Shown here piece after piece: positions 11,201 through 25,380 of a stretch of DNA of 64,000 bases (position 1 is its first letter; each line of letters starts with the position of its first letter). Under the pieces are notes generated by a model. That model worked only from the letters and a program-made list of their open reading frames with translations, was not told the origin of the DNA and made no database searches. Position numbers and translations under genes: made by a program. Source of the stretch: Lama glama (Eukaryota); contig CM052818.1 of NCBI GenBank assembly GCA_028534125.1, positions 48,362,001 through 48,426,000 on the forward strand, written 5' to 3'.

Positions 11201-14200
11201 AGCCTCAGGCTCTATAGAAATCGCACTGATCCACACTGTTTTGTCCAGAAAAAAAGAACGAGCACGTGGAAATCTGTCCTTCCCCAGGCCTGCCAGTCTC
11301 CTCCCAGTGCGGCTTCTTGCTTTATTGCTTGTCTTCGGGTCCTGAATGCTGTCCCCTGAGCAGCTCAGGCTGCCGGGAACGCTACTGATGCCCGCGGGGG
11401 GACGGTGCCCAGAGACCAGGACTTCCCCCCTTTTCTTTCCTTGCTCTGCCCCTCCCCCTCCTCCTTCCTTCTCTCTCTCTTTAAGAAATCCACCTTCCCT
11501 GCTCAAATTCCAAGTCATTTCAAAGTTCAGTGAGGACTTCTCCTCCCTGCCGACCCTTCTTATTTCAAAGGGAGACGGTTTTAAGTGAAGGGGAAAGTTT
11601 ATTCAGGTGGCCTGAATCAAAAAAGCTCCCAGTGATGCAGCAGAGTGCGGCTGCTCTCTCTCGGTCCCTCCCTCCGTTCTAAAGAAGCATCTAACAAAAC
11701 CCCAGAAACACAGGCCGCCGGTAATCTCCTGGCCTGAGCCAGAAACAGGGGTGACAGCAAGCTGCCCTCTCATTATAGTCTTGGTCTCAAGGTTAGAATT
11801 AGACCCTTAGGGTAAGGAGCTGTCAATTAGAGAGAACTCCGACCAACGCCGTCTGCAGGCTAGACGCATCTCCTAGCAACCTCCGCATTCAGGGCGCAGC
11901 CCTCCGCTCGGCCGGCAGCTCAAGAGTCATCTTGAAGACAGTGAAATAACCTTTTCAGTTTGAGCAGATGCATAAAGGGTCCTGCTCCCCGACGCATCCC
12001 CCCATCGCCCCGTCCTCCGTGGAGTCAGGGTGACATTTGACTAGAAGTAGGTTTGAATCTGGAAAGAATTAAGACTTTCTCGTTTTCCCAGGTGCAGATG
12101 TTTCAAAGGGAAGATTTAATAGAAGGATCTGGCTCAACCACCAGAAAATCTAAATGCAGTCTGAGGCTCGATACCTTTGGCTTCCAGGGAGAAGTCTGTC
12201 ATGTGTATGTATGAGCGGACAGTCTCCCCAGCGCTGCCTGCTTTATGCTTAGGAGGAATCTGCCAATGACTGGGAGTGGAGAGGCTGTGGTTACCAGGGG
12301 AACTCTGCCTTCCTTTATCCTGCATGGCAGGGCATAGAGAAAGCCGACAAGCATAAATCCTATTAAGAAAAGCACAGGGTTATGCACCGTTGATGGAGGG
12401 AGCATCACAGAATTTACTACTAGAATATATACTTGGTGCAAAAAAAAAAAAATCACATACATTCCTGCGAGTTGTCTATTCATTAGATTTGGAAATCGTG
12501 TTGTTGATTTTTCTAATCTCGAGCAGAGCGAGGATGGCAAAATACGGGGAGATTACGAGGGGGAGGAGGAAAAGCCAGTCTTTGATTTTCCGTTGGTATC
12601 TACCATCACAAAGGGATACCTCAGAAATGTTGTAAAAATAGCAGATGCAAAATACCCAGCCTGCGGCAGGGTGTAAATTAGGCACTCCTCTTGGAATTAA
12701 AGATTCGGCTTAACAAAGCTCTTTTGTGGGATAACAGCCTCCTGTGCTCCTGCTACAAACCCCGAGCCCTGGCCATGTGTTCAGAAAGCTCCTCCCAGGA
12801 CTGTCCCCTCAATGGCTTCCATAGATCAGCCTGGCTTCTGCTGCTGTGAAGCCAGGGGCTCATTTACGGTGCCAGAGTCCCTGAATTTTATATCCACACC
12901 TACGTATGCTCTGCAATTTATCAGTGAAGTAATTATCTTTGTGTGTGTGGGTGCTTAAATTATTATCAAGTATATTTGGGGACAGTAATCAGATAGCCAG
13001 GAAACAAACAAAATCAATATCGAGCTGGGTAACTGATGGGTCTTGCGGGGAGGAACAAAACTGCCTTCTGGGGAAAGTCGGTCCTGGAGCAGAAGAATGC
13101 AAAACAGCTGTCACGTTGGTTGCTGTGAGTTTATGGACAAGGAGATCGGTTCTTTATTATGCAGCAGGATAAATAAGGAATTCCCCCCTCCAACCTGAGC
13201 AGCCCTGTGCTGGGTGCATCTCCCCCTCCCGGAGTCGCCGCGCGCAGATGAATTGCTCATTAAGCTCAGATGCACTTGTTTTCCTGTTACCTCCTGTCAA
13301 CACCACAACACGCAGAAAAGCTGTTTTTGAAAGAGAGGCAAAAAGGCTTGAGGAACTCTGAATGAATCTTTTTGTGTGTGTTCCTATGAATGGGACATAC
13401 ATGCGATTCTGCTTTTACTTTAAAAATCAAGATTCCAATAAAAAAAAACTGGCAAATATATCACAAAATATCCAAGACCTTAAAATGAAGTTGTATGTCA
13501 TCTGCAGAAATTAACCTTTTCTCATTAGTGAGAAGACGGTGGGGCCTCTTTTATAAATGGTTTCACAAGGCGGGAAGCCCTTATGTTATTTTCCATGTAA
13601 TTTCACATAAAAAATATTGAAATCTAAGCCATTGCAAATGCATAGACTGTTAGAGCATTTTTACAAATAATGCTGTTGTTGATGGTGTTTTTAAATCTCA
13701 AATTTTCTCTAGCATGAAGCTTATTTCTGTATTTGTAACATGCTTGTTGGCATGAACTTGAATACAGCAACAAAAATGAACTTAAAAAGGGAATCATCCA
13801 TAGCAATCAGAATTTGCTTTATTAAACGGCAGACCGGCCATCTCCCCAGGACTCTTTGTGGACTGTCACTGCTGGTTCCCTTGAGGATGACTGAAGTTAA
13901 CCTCTTCGCCGCTGCGTGAATTTAATACATTCCCTGAGCACCACCACGAGGTCCACAGTCCGCCCGTGGCTTATTAATCTGTGGCCAAGAGCTTCAGTTT
14001 CAAAAGGTTTTTGGTCTGTAAAAAGGGTCAAAGATCAGGCTATGTCTAGAGGCAAATTCGACTACTCCTGGGCTCTTTGGGTCCCTTCTATTACTGCGTC
14101 TTTACCATTTGATGTTGCACGTACAAGAACGCATGTGCAGTTAACGATGGTCAGTGTTCGATGACTCCCTGCTCCCCAGCCTTACTGAAGAAACCACTGT

Positions 14201-15518
14201 CTGCCAATTTCCGTGAAGTGGAGGACCAGACCATGTTTCCAGAATCATGTTTCAGAAATGCAGCATTTCATTTTTGTGTGTGTTTTTATTAAAAAATGCC
14301 ACTTTGGAAAAATATGATTTGCTTTCTCACTATACATCCATTATCCTAAAATTGTGATTCTTAATGTGTTCAGCCTACGGTTCTCAACAGATACCCGTTC
14401 AGAGCTGTCTGTCAGGGAAAGGTAATGGCATGGTGGAGCCTCAATCCAAGAGAGCAAATAACAGACTTTTTTTTCCTGGCTCTAGGTTTGCTAAACGACC
14501 TTGAATAAGCCACAGCTCCTGGAGCCCCTATTTCTGCATGAAGAAGGGGAGCCTTCCTGAAGTGGAGTCTTTGAAAGCAGTTATGATCTTGGAACTCATG
14601 CAAAAGTAGCTCATTATGTTGATACTTTTCTGTCAGCTTTGCCAGACATTAAACAAAATTCTATCTCAATGTTTTTCCATCGCCAATCTTAAAAAAGGCA
14701 CAAAAAGCAGTATTTAGTTGGTTTCATTGTTTACAGGTTCCTGTCTGGCTCCTGACCCCTAAACCGCCCTCCCACAAGCAGAGGAGGGTTCCTTACTGCG
14801 CACACGCCACTGAAATGTGCCCAGGCTGCCACTCTGAGTGGTTTGATTCTCCTTGCCCAGGGAAGGGCACTAAGGTGATGCAGGGACGGATACTTTCTGC
14901 CTAATCATACTTTTTATATTTCACCAGCTGACTCGTGAACCCCAGCTTTTTTTCCCCTCTTACCATGGTCATTGCATCGTTGCATTATTACAGTTGTTTA
15001 CGAGTATGTTGTCAAGTTTTTTTTTTAACTTATAGGACGTTCCGAATCTGAAAAACTGTTCCTACCGCCAGAAGAACAGCAGTTGGAGACAGAAGAGCTG
15101 TAACGAGCAAGAGAACCGTCACAAAGGAAGATATTTATCCCAGGAAGGAGCCTACGACACACAACACACACCTCCAACACATGGGCTTCAATTTAAGTGC
15201 ATTGAATTGAATGCACTTAAAAAATAAAAAATAAATAAAATTTTGTCCCTAATTCCTCATTCCTAATTTTTAAGACAGAATTCTGCTCCAAACTTTTTCT
15301 ACTAGCCAAAGCCACGGAGCTGTGGAAAAACACAGATGAAAGAATTAGGCTAGGGAAAGGGAGTGTCCTCTTTTGAGAAGAACACAGACTCGATCGCAAA
15401 GGTATTGGATGTTTTTTCTTTATGAGTGTATTCTTTGGCAGACTTTGATTGGAAAGAGCCTGTGGTTAAAATGTGTGCGACCGGGTGTGTACACAGATAT
15501 GCAGGTGTGCACACCGAG

Positions 15519-15548
15519 ACACACACACACACATACACACACACACAT
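15519..15548. repeat. (CA)n microsatellite
   Basis: Directly visible, with one TA interruption. Confidence 0.9.
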
Positions 15549-17741
15549 TCAGTAAGAGCCAGCTGATCAACCGAATTCTAGAGCAAGGAAGCCTCCTTGG
15601 AAGTTGGAATCAATTATCTTCATCTGATTCTACAGTATTTACATATTTCCACAGAGAGAACAGAGCATTTTAATTTCCCCTTTCACCTCGGTCCTGGTGC
15701 GATCAAGCAGCAAGCTCTCCCTGAGCATGACCAAGGCAGGGGCCATATGTACGTGCTAAGGCGTTACCTGGCCCTGTGGTGGCGAACAGGAGACAGAGAT
15801 GTTGACTAGCTGACGCTTGCGCTTACACAGTCCCTAAGCTGAAGAACCAGGGCCGTTACAGAGATGCTTCCCTGTTTATACGTCACCCGTGCTTTGAACT
15901 CACCAACGCGTTAGATATTTCAGAGATTTACTCATGAAAGGCCGTCCTGGATTTGAGTTCAGAATGGATGAGGGCGCTGCAGGGATCCGTGGCCCACTGC
16001 CAGGCAACGGCCCATCCTCAGCCCAGCAAGCACAGAGACCACAAAACGAATGACCTCATCTACAAATCAGCTATTTGATATGCAGATCGGACCACAGGCC
16101 TCTTCAGAAACACAGCACTTCTCAGGCAGCAGGTGCAGCGAAGAAGTGAGTGGCCTTTCGTCATTTCAAAAGCTGGCCTGCCTTCCTGGCTCCCTCTGGC
16201 CCTTAACAATTTCTGAAGCTCTATTATCTTCATTTTTGATTTAGACGGTCCATTTACGGAATCAGGGATCCTCCCCCGCTCTTGCTTCAGAGGCCTAACC
16301 TTAAGCCCAGACATGAAGCAGGATTTAGAAGCCACACGCACAATGGAGGGACAATAACGTCACCCGGGCTCCTCTTCACAGATAAGGGAACAAAACAAAA
16401 GCCCCGGCGAGTCTAGACACAGCTCATTTCTGTGCCTGCACCCTCCCACACCTCACGTTTCTAACGACATATGTCTCCTTGAACATAATTCTCCATGATG
16501 CTTAGAGCAGAGATGGAGTCTGCGTCTCCATTTGTGCTGGAAATAGCAGTGTGAGCTGAGGGTGAAATGAAACCTTCACCTCCATTCTTTACAAGTAGCT
16601 TTCTTTTGTGGTCACAGTTGCCTTCGGCTCAGCGGTGTGGACGACTCCAGTCGGAATTGTGGCTCGCCGGGTCACAGGATGAAGGTGTGTTTTAAGCCAA
16701 CAAGTAAAATAAGTAAATAAGTAAACAGTGCCCGCCCCCACCCTCCCCCGACTCCCCAGACTTCACACCCGTGGTGAGATCCCGGCTGCGCTTCGTACAG
16801 CCGTAAAGTGCAATGTCATATAATTTATATTGTCTGTGGTTGCAGGTTATATCCTGAAAGTCATAAACTATTATGGGTTTATGGCTCTACTGCAGCTATT
16901 AACTAAATGAAAGAGTTATTCATTTGGAATCTGGAATCTGGGCGATGCCCTAGCTTAAATTCACCAAGATCCTTGAGTGTGAAATATGGGAAAATCTTAA
17001 AGATAAACTATTAGACACAGTGGGGCCAGGCAGTGGGACGGGAGCGGGTGTGGAAAACAGCCCCGCAGAGCTAGACTGTCCTTGCATGTGGCGCGTTTGC
17101 ACAGTCCCCACCTCCACGCTCATTTCCAGGGACTCTCATGTCCTAGGTTCAGTCACGGTGTTGGTTTGGGTGAGCTTGTGTATGTGCTGCGAATCAAGTA
17201 GAAAGACTGTATGCTATTTTGATGAATTTCCACACATATTGGAGGGGGGGTGTGTTTAGATACAGAGAGAGAAAGAGAGAGATTTTAGAGAGATGGGGGT
17301 TGGAATAATGAATTTTTGGCTTTGGAATAAACGTTTGAACTGCTTTGTCATGACACAACTATTTTGTTTTCAGTTGCTTATACGTTTATTTTCAGGGCTT
17401 ATGATTTCATTCTTTAATTAAATATGAAGAAGTCAGACATAATACAGTCATCATGCTCACTCTGGGGATGCAGGCACATACGCCGTTTTCCTCTCAACAC
17501 GTCGACATCAGGTATATTTTAAAATCTTCCTTAGTTTTGGAGAGATCTTTGCATCAAGGGTCAGAGATGCCACTAATGAAAACCACAGTTGGGGCTTTAC
17601 TTCAACAAACAAACAAACAAGGTGGAGGCTCGGAAAGAGTAGTGAGTGGAAGCTGAGATGCTGTAGATGCACCTTTTATACATCAACCCCTCCCAAACTG
17701 GAGGGTCAGGAGGCTACTTTCAGATGCTGGCCGTTACCCTT

Positions 17742-18121
17742 TGTTACTAACTGGACGCTTCTGTCTCCCACCCTGTTCAGACGTTGAAGCCCAACCCCCT
17801 GGTGGGGCTGTGTCTGGAGCTGGGATCTCTAAGAGAGTAATGAAGGTCAAATGTGGTCATGAGGTGGGGCCCTGATGCAGCAGGGTTAGTGCCCTTACAA
17901 GAAGAGCCCCTGACAGCTCGCTCTGTCTCTCCACACACACGCACACAGGAGGAGGGCCATGCGAGCACGGGGCCGGACAGCAGCCGTTTGCCAGCCAGGC
18001 TCCAGCCCTGCTGGACCTTGACCTCACACTTCCAGCCTCCAGCACTGTAAGAAAATAAATTCCTCTTGTTGGAGCCCCAGTCTGTGACGTTTTGTTACGA
18101 CTATCCTAGAAGACTCATAGA
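17742..18121 (+). mobile_element. MaLR solo LTR, MLT1A-like
   Basis: gttgaagccc...ggtcatgaggtggggccctgat...agtgcccttacaagaagag...cttccagcctccagcactgtaagaaaataaattcctcttgtt...tttgtta follows the MLT1A layout; about 380 bp. Confidence 0.85.
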
Positions 18122-18494
18122 GAAGACTCCTCACATGGAAACATTTTTCTATTACATCTGAAAACCAAAACTTTACCATTTATGTGTAGAACGTGGCATG
18201 ATGATACTTCTGAGCCACTGAAAAATCAACAAATAAGCAAAACCAAAATTGCATTTTGTAGATTTTTTAAAAAGGTAACGTGTTGAACTGTTCTTATCAT
18301 ATAGGTGTTATTTTAAATGTCCCCAAATCACTTAAAACAATGCTAATGACAGCATGTGTACTCTGTTTACATTGCCTTTTAAGATCACAGGGGTATAAAG
18401 GAACAGCAGACTCTTGGGTCTCAAGGATCTGCCCTTTGACTTGAGTTTCAAAAAATAAAAATATCTCAACACAGACAGGAAGAGAAGGAGCAGT

Positions 18495-18680
18495 TTTATT
18501 GGTAGACATTTTACTGGTGTCTTGTTTAATCTCATCTTAAATAACTCTCAGAAATAAGCCCTGCTGTTCCCACCTGACATCTGCACGACACTGAGCATCC
18601 GTGAAATGAAATAATTCACCAAAAGTCATCAATAAAATCGGAAGACCCAGGATCCAAAACCATGACCCTCTGACTTCAAT
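18495..18680 (-). mobile_element. MIR SINE
   Basis: tttaatctca...actgag...aaataattcaccaaaagtca...ccaggatccaaaacc...tctgacttcaa. Confidence 0.55.
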
Positions 18681-21279
18681 GGCTCATCTCGTGTCTGTAA
18701 GCAGCTCCGGGTGTGCTGGTAAAGAGACGAGGTTTCCCGACTTGGATACTGAGCATCTCAAGAACTGGTTGCTCCAGACAGACAAGGAGGAAGACACCGA
18801 GCATTGTGGGTGAGGAAAACGCCTGTGAGCAAAGATGCAGGGCTAGAAAAGCACAGAGTCAGGGAAGAGCATGGCCTCCACCAGCTTGGCTGAATCATTA
18901 AAAGTGCACGGAGACCATTTAACCGCAGATTGTGAAGGACCCAATGACCAGGCACAAAGTTCATTCGTCAAAGACTGCAGAGGCATTAGACTCTTTAGAA
19001 GCAGAGCTCCCTGGAAGAAGCACATCACAACTTGCAGGGTTTAAGAAAAAGCTACTTTTCTCACGGAGACAGGCGATGTGCCTTGTACACTGGTGCTTAA
19101 GAGAAGCAGGACATGTTGGGGGGGCAAGAGGATGCTGAACATTGTCTTTTAGCCTTTACTTTTGCTGTGCTTTTGGTTTGGCTTGATGTCCTGTGAGTGC
19201 CCAGGGACCGCATGCCAAGCGGCGTCCCACCCCGTGTGCGCGCTGTTCGTGCTTCTCCGACGCCTCACGAGGCCTCGCGGTGCCCCTTCCAGTGGCCGGT
19301 GGCCACGCTGCGGACTCCGCGTGCCCCAGCCTGTGCCGCTGCTCGGGGCCGGGCTGCAGACTGAGGAGCGGGGGACAGGGAGCGGGACCAGAGCGCTGGG
19401 CGCAGGGACGAATCTCCCCTGACGCCAGAAGTGGCAGTTCAGACTTGGACATCTCAGCTCAGTGCTCGGAGGACCAGTGCGGGCGAAGAAATGAAGGACC
19501 CGCCCTCCCTGGGGGGCGAGAGTGTCATTCACTGCTTGTAAACCAGAAAACTGAGCGCAGCATGGACAACACGGGGCCAAAGAATGACTGAGAATGAGTT
19601 CTCATCCCAGAGTCAGTGCCTGTTTAACACAAAATGATATCTTCCTTGTGCCTGTTTTATTTGAAATAAATCCTTGAGCCCGGGACCAAAATATTTTGAA
19701 GACTTGTGTTTATTTGAACAGTCACTGTCCTGGTTAGAACAAGGGAAAGTAATGCATGTTTCTACATTCAGGCACAAGCACAGAAAATATAAAACAGTGG
19801 GACAAAAAGAATGTGACCATGAAGCCACATTCTAGGAGCATCTCTGTGTCCTTTTTGCAGAACAGACAGACGCCAGCTTTTGTCACACGGGTGTGACATG
19901 TTCTCTGCTCCACGTACTCTTCTCACTTGACTCTGGATAAACCTTAAGCTGAAACTGAGGCCAAGATGCATCCTGCGTGCAAACGCTCCGTGGAGTGCTG
20001 TGCACCGCACGGCAACGTCCCGGAGTAAAGGTCTCGTTTCTGAAGCTAACAAGCCAGCTCCAAACAGCAGTGTCCCTTTGCCTAAGTCCTGCCAAAATGC
20101 CTGCGTGTCCACCGTGAGCACCACTGATCCCCAGGCTACGTTTCTCCTCTTTCATTTATCCCGGAAAATGAGAGAAATCTTCCTATACGTTTCCTAAGCT
20201 TCAATTATTTATTCAAACGTTTTCAAATTTGGCACAATCCCAAAGCACTTTTTTTTTTTGCCAACAATCCTCTCTCTCTTCCCCACCCCCCCAAGCCCCA
20301 TGTGTATTTTAAGCAAATTCTCCTCCATATGGTCCTCATTTCTGGTCTCTTAATTCATCTCTATGTTGTTCTGTTTGTTATTTGATATCTTTTTCTTTAG
20401 GTTTATATTAAGGATTGTATGCTTATTGGGGAAAGGAGGTTTCATATCAAGGGCTATATACCTTTTCTGTCTGTTTGTTTCCAAAAAGAAAGCCTTACTT
20501 AACAGGATGGAAAGGAATGTTAATGAATTTGAGCATCTCTTCATTCACGCTGGCCTCACGACGCTAGGCCTGGAACAGGCTGGCCATGAGCGGTGTCTCA
20601 TTTGGGTCTCCCACTGGCCCTGAGGGGAGATCGCTTCCCTCGCTTCTCAGGTGGGCCCACAGAAGAGAGAACACCTGAGGCGTAAGGGAATTCATGATTT
20701 GGACCACTCTACCTGCCAAAGCCCAGTCTTCCCGTTTACCCCACTACCTGCTACCACATCTAATGTGGAAGTAAGGCAAGCATTTTATGTATGTATGTTT
20801 GTTTATAGTCCAGATAAAATGTGCTACATTTTCTCTTTGGGAAGATTCCAGCCAAAATCTTTGCTCCTTTCTGGAGAGATGTATTTTTCAATATCCTTGT
20901 TGGAAAATCAGTCCCAATTTATCTCCTCCATTCGTTCTTCCAAGAGACCATCAGTTTCTCAACAGAAGACCACCCATCATTTGCTACCCTGGAGACCTCT
21001 TGGAACAGCAGGAAACTGGGCATAGAGATTCGTTCCTTCCTTTTCCTGGAACTTTTTGCTACCTGTTAAAAATCCAACCAACCAAACAACAATAACAACA
21101 AAAACTACCTAAAACCATAAGTGATATTAAAGAGATGCTAAAGCAAGTGGTCTCCACAGTAATGGCTGCAGAAGTCAGGGGAGGGCAAGTCTTAATACTT
21201 CATCCCATGCTCTTGATGTAATAGGTTCTGTGCTCCCTGGTCTCAGTGTCTTTATCTTCTAAATGGGCATAATGGCACA

Positions 21280-22111
21280 TGATTCTGGTCACCAATCCCA
21301 GTGTGGGAGGGTATTTCCACACCACCAAGCAGTTCTCAAATGCCAGCTAGTTGTCCCACAATCCAACTCAGTTCTGACACTGCTGACCTAGAGGAGGTGT
21401 CGGACCCCGCAGGTCAAGGGCTCAGTCCTACGAGACTGCTCCCTCCCCCACCACTTCAGATGCCAAGTGCAAGTCCAAACTGTCACCTGCGCTTCTGGCC
21501 AACTGGCTGTAGATGGGAGGTTCCAACAACTCCCTCCTCGGCTTCCCTAATTTGCTCACAGAACTCAGAGAAACATTTTACTTACTAGATTATCAGTTCA
21601 TTATAAAAGGATGTAACTCAGGAACAGCTGGATGGAGAAGAGGCACAGGGCAAGGTGCAGGGAAGGGTGTGGGGACCCCATGCTCTCTGACAGGCCACTC
21701 CCCCTGCATAGCTACTCTTCACAGACCCAGAAGCTCCCCAAACCCTCCCCTTTTGGGTTTTTATGGAGGCTTCATTGCATAGGCATGATTGATTAAATCA
21801 TTGGCCATTGGTCATTGATCTAACCTCCAGTCCCCCTCCAGTTTCCAGTGGTCCAAGGGATGGCAGTAGAAGTCTTAACCCTTTAAGCGTGTGATTGGGT
21901 CTCTAGGCAGTCAGCCCCCATCCCTGAGTGTTTCCAAAAGTCACCTCATTAACGTAACAAAAGACACCCTTATCACTCTCTTCACTTAGGAAATGCCAAG
22001 GGTTTGGGAGCTTTGTACAAGAAACAAAGACCATATATGCATATACGTAGATGAATGGCCTTATGCACTTATACATACACACATATAATAATTGTAAGTT
22101 GCAGCATCACA
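21280..22111 (-). mobile_element. Solo LTR, MER21-like (ERVL class)
   Basis: cagttctgacact...gggctcagtcc...cacttcagatgcca...cacagaactcagagaaaca...ttttatggaggcttcattgcataggcatgattgattaaatcattggccattgg...gtcacctcattaac. Ends in atcaca (TGTGAT LTR start on the minus strand). Confidence 0.8.
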
Positions 22112-25100
22112 TGGGCCTCACTTTCTTTGCAAAGGCATGAGATCAACTCAGGGAAAACAAATGCCAGCACTTTGGTGGTTGACGGTGTGATGCTCACGGG
22201 AATGGAGTCACGGATGCTGCCTTGGAACTCTCAGCACCCCCTGGGCTGTGGTTCTACAATGAGGCCTCCCTGGAAAGCCGCCCTGAGGTTCTCAACTGTG
22301 TGCATTTTTAGAGTCAGAAATATTTCCACAGAACTTCTTAAGGGTGTCCAAGGATATGACTCTTGGGCACAGAAGGGCTCTTCTACAAAGGAGCCCTTTT
22401 CCAAAGAGCTTGCTGTTGTCATTGGGAAAGGCTGAAGGGACCGTCCACTTGGCAGATGAAACCGAGGCTCAGAGCAGGGAAGTGACTTGGTTTCCTGCCC
22501 TCCGCGACTCGGAGCTCTAGGCAGAGACAGACACACAGTCATGGCACAGCCGAATGGACACGCAAGTTCTGAAAAACACAAGGTGACCATGACTGGCCTC
22601 AGAAAATAATTATTTCACACATAATTCGGAAGATATACTGAAGCTATGGCAGTGAGCCTAAGAGTAATAATAGTGCGTGGCATCTACTGGGGGTAAGCCA
22701 TGTGAAAAGAGTTTGCTGAACACCCCGCATGAGACATGGGAAGAACCCCTCCCACACTGCTTGGGGAGTACAGCCTTGATGACAGGGAACGTGGCGCTTT
22801 GGTGGTAAAGCAAGTGTCCTTGCTTACAGGGCCGGTGGGGAGCCAAGCTTAGACTCCACTCTGGGTCTACCATGATTCCAGCATCCTTGTGTTTCGCTTC
22901 TATGCCTCCTACTCCTGTAGGGATGAGAGCTGGAATGGGGAGTGGAGGCTTTATGTTGTAGTTAGAAGTCTGGGCATGCACGTCATGCTTAAGTTACCAC
23001 GGCAGCTGAATATTCCAATTACACTCTTGCTATGTTTCAAACACGAACATGATTTGTGTAGGTTGGTTTACACAGGAGTGACATTCAATAAAGGAAATAT
23101 GTTCCTTGATCTTTGATTTGCGTAACAAGCAGCTTTCAGCTTTCAGTTTTATTAATTGCTCTGAAAACCTACAATTTAGGTAAAACTAATTACATTTGAT
23201 TTTACTCATTTGGTTAGTTCTCATTTAATATAAGCGGGATTGAAAACAATCACTCTCATTTATATGTGTCATATATGATATGACAATAGGAAATACCAGG
23301 AGACATCTATCCACTCCTTCAAAATTAGATCTAACTTGATTTCTAATGAGGGGTTTGCTCTTGCAAGTAATTGCCTTGACAAGTCTTTTCTTTCAGGAAT
23401 CAATACTTTTTTTCCCTATTTCTTTTTAAAAGCCAATTTCTTAGCCTTCTGGCACCTTTTGTATCTTCTGCAACAAGGAGCGACCAATGTTAATTTTACG
23501 ACGAGTGCATGTTATGAAGTTCACACTTTGATCAAGAGAGACTTGGTGTTTGTCACCCCAGGGGGTGGCGAGCCTTGGCAGAGAAGGAGTTAATGGGCAG
23601 GGGGAGGGCCTGTGTTCAAAACAAGAGCTCACTGTGAGCTGTCACGCTGTGTCTGAGATTTTGACGACAGTGACAAACGTAGTCTGAACACCTTCATCCC
23701 TGTTAGATGTGCAACTCAGAAGTCAGAGATCCAAGAGCGTGGCCAAGACCTAAGCTGTAAAGAGGAAACCAGACACCAAAACGGAGGCGGGAGGTCAGAC
23801 CCAAGGGGCCTGCAACTCGTCCCACGCGGTGCCATCTTCCTGGAACGCCCGAGAAGTGATCACACACTCCGGGACATACATGGAGGACATTCCCCAAAGC
23901 CACACCCATTTGGGAGCAAAACAAAACCACATTTACAGGGAGAAAGGAGCTTAGATTTGCCAATCATACTCAGAATTGTCAGAGCCCAGCCTTACTCAGA
24001 GCCGTCTTACAGGAAGTCTCGGGAAATACGACCCAAGGAAACAAAGAGCCTCGGGCATCGTTACCATCCACCTCATGGCACCTCCTGTGCAGCGTTTTCT
24101 CCAAGATGTGGCGAATGATTGGGGCCAGATGGTGCCTCTCTGCCAGGTTCATTTGCCCCTTAGTAAATGGCGATAAGCAGCTCCTCTCACGCAAGGCAGT
24201 GGAGAGGTTTGTAGACAGTGATGTGTGTGGAGCCCTGACGCGGAGCGGATGCGCACATTTGGCAGACGAGGAGCCTGTCCCCTCCCTCCTCCCCTTTGTT
24301 GACGTCTACTCCAAAGAGCAGCTCAGAAGCCACCAGAAGCGGAAAGAAGGCCATGTCCTCGCTGCCCTCCTTTATAACACAAGCTTTCTCACATGAGCTA
24401 GCACAGGCTCCTACCTGAATGCCTTTAGCTTCTCCGAGCCACCATGGGCTGGCCAGCAAGCTCTGCCTTCACCATATCTGAGTATCCGAGAAAGGTCGTT
24501 TAAGAGATGGAACCTGAATCACAGGTACAGAAACTCCAGGTGATTTAGTCTCAGGCTTGCAGGGAGAACCTTCTGTCTTCCTACTCTGATAGCGGCGCAT
24601 GTGTCCCTTCCTTCCTTCCAATGACACGACGAAGCCCCACATGGCCCAGAGCCTCTGCATCAGCAACTCACGGCCACTGATGCTGCAGATCCATGTGCAT
24701 GTGCGCCGCCCGGCTCAGGGAGGGGACCAAGAAAGCTTGTCGTTGATTACTGGCCCTATCCCGGCGCTAGAGAAATGAGAGGTGAAGAACCGCCTGGCGA
24801 GAAGGTCTGATGCAGCTGCAGCATCCCGGCCACCTTGCTCCCTCCCCGCCAGCGCTCCGCCTGGGGTCCTGAGGTGCACTTTCAACAGAACATCTTTTCC
24901 AACCAATGCTCCACTTAGAGACATGGAAACCTCTCAGGCTCCACCAGAAAACCATCCTTTACTGAGAAGGGAGAAAGAACAGACAGAGTTGTCTGGATGG
25001 AGTTTTCATCGGACAACACGTTGTAGTCAGAACATCCGGGGTCCGGGCGTGGGAAACTCGGCTGCTGAGCCTGGCTTGTCCACCACGAGCTGTGGGGCCC

Positions 25101-25194
25101 CAGTTGTGGTTTCCCGGACTTTCCAGGGGAAAATTTACAGAGGATGCATCCACGCACCACCCCGTCTGAAGTCCCAGATGCACGTTACCAAGCT

Positions 25195-25380
25195 GCGAGG
25201 ACCCAGGGCTTGGAGTCCCAGGAGCGGTTCAAGCCCAGCTCCGCCACTTTCCTGCAAGTCACCAAACCTCTTCTGAGTTTACGAGCGAAACAGGAACAAT
25301 CAGAGTGCCTCATAGCTAGGGTTATTTTGAGGATTAAATAAAATAATGTAGTTGCAGTATTTAGCTCAGTGGTTGGCCTA
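25195..25380 (+). mobile_element. MIR SINE
   Basis: ggcttggagtc...ggttcaagcccagctccgccactt...gcaagtcac...gggttattttgaggattaaat...cagtggttggc. Confidence 0.75.
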
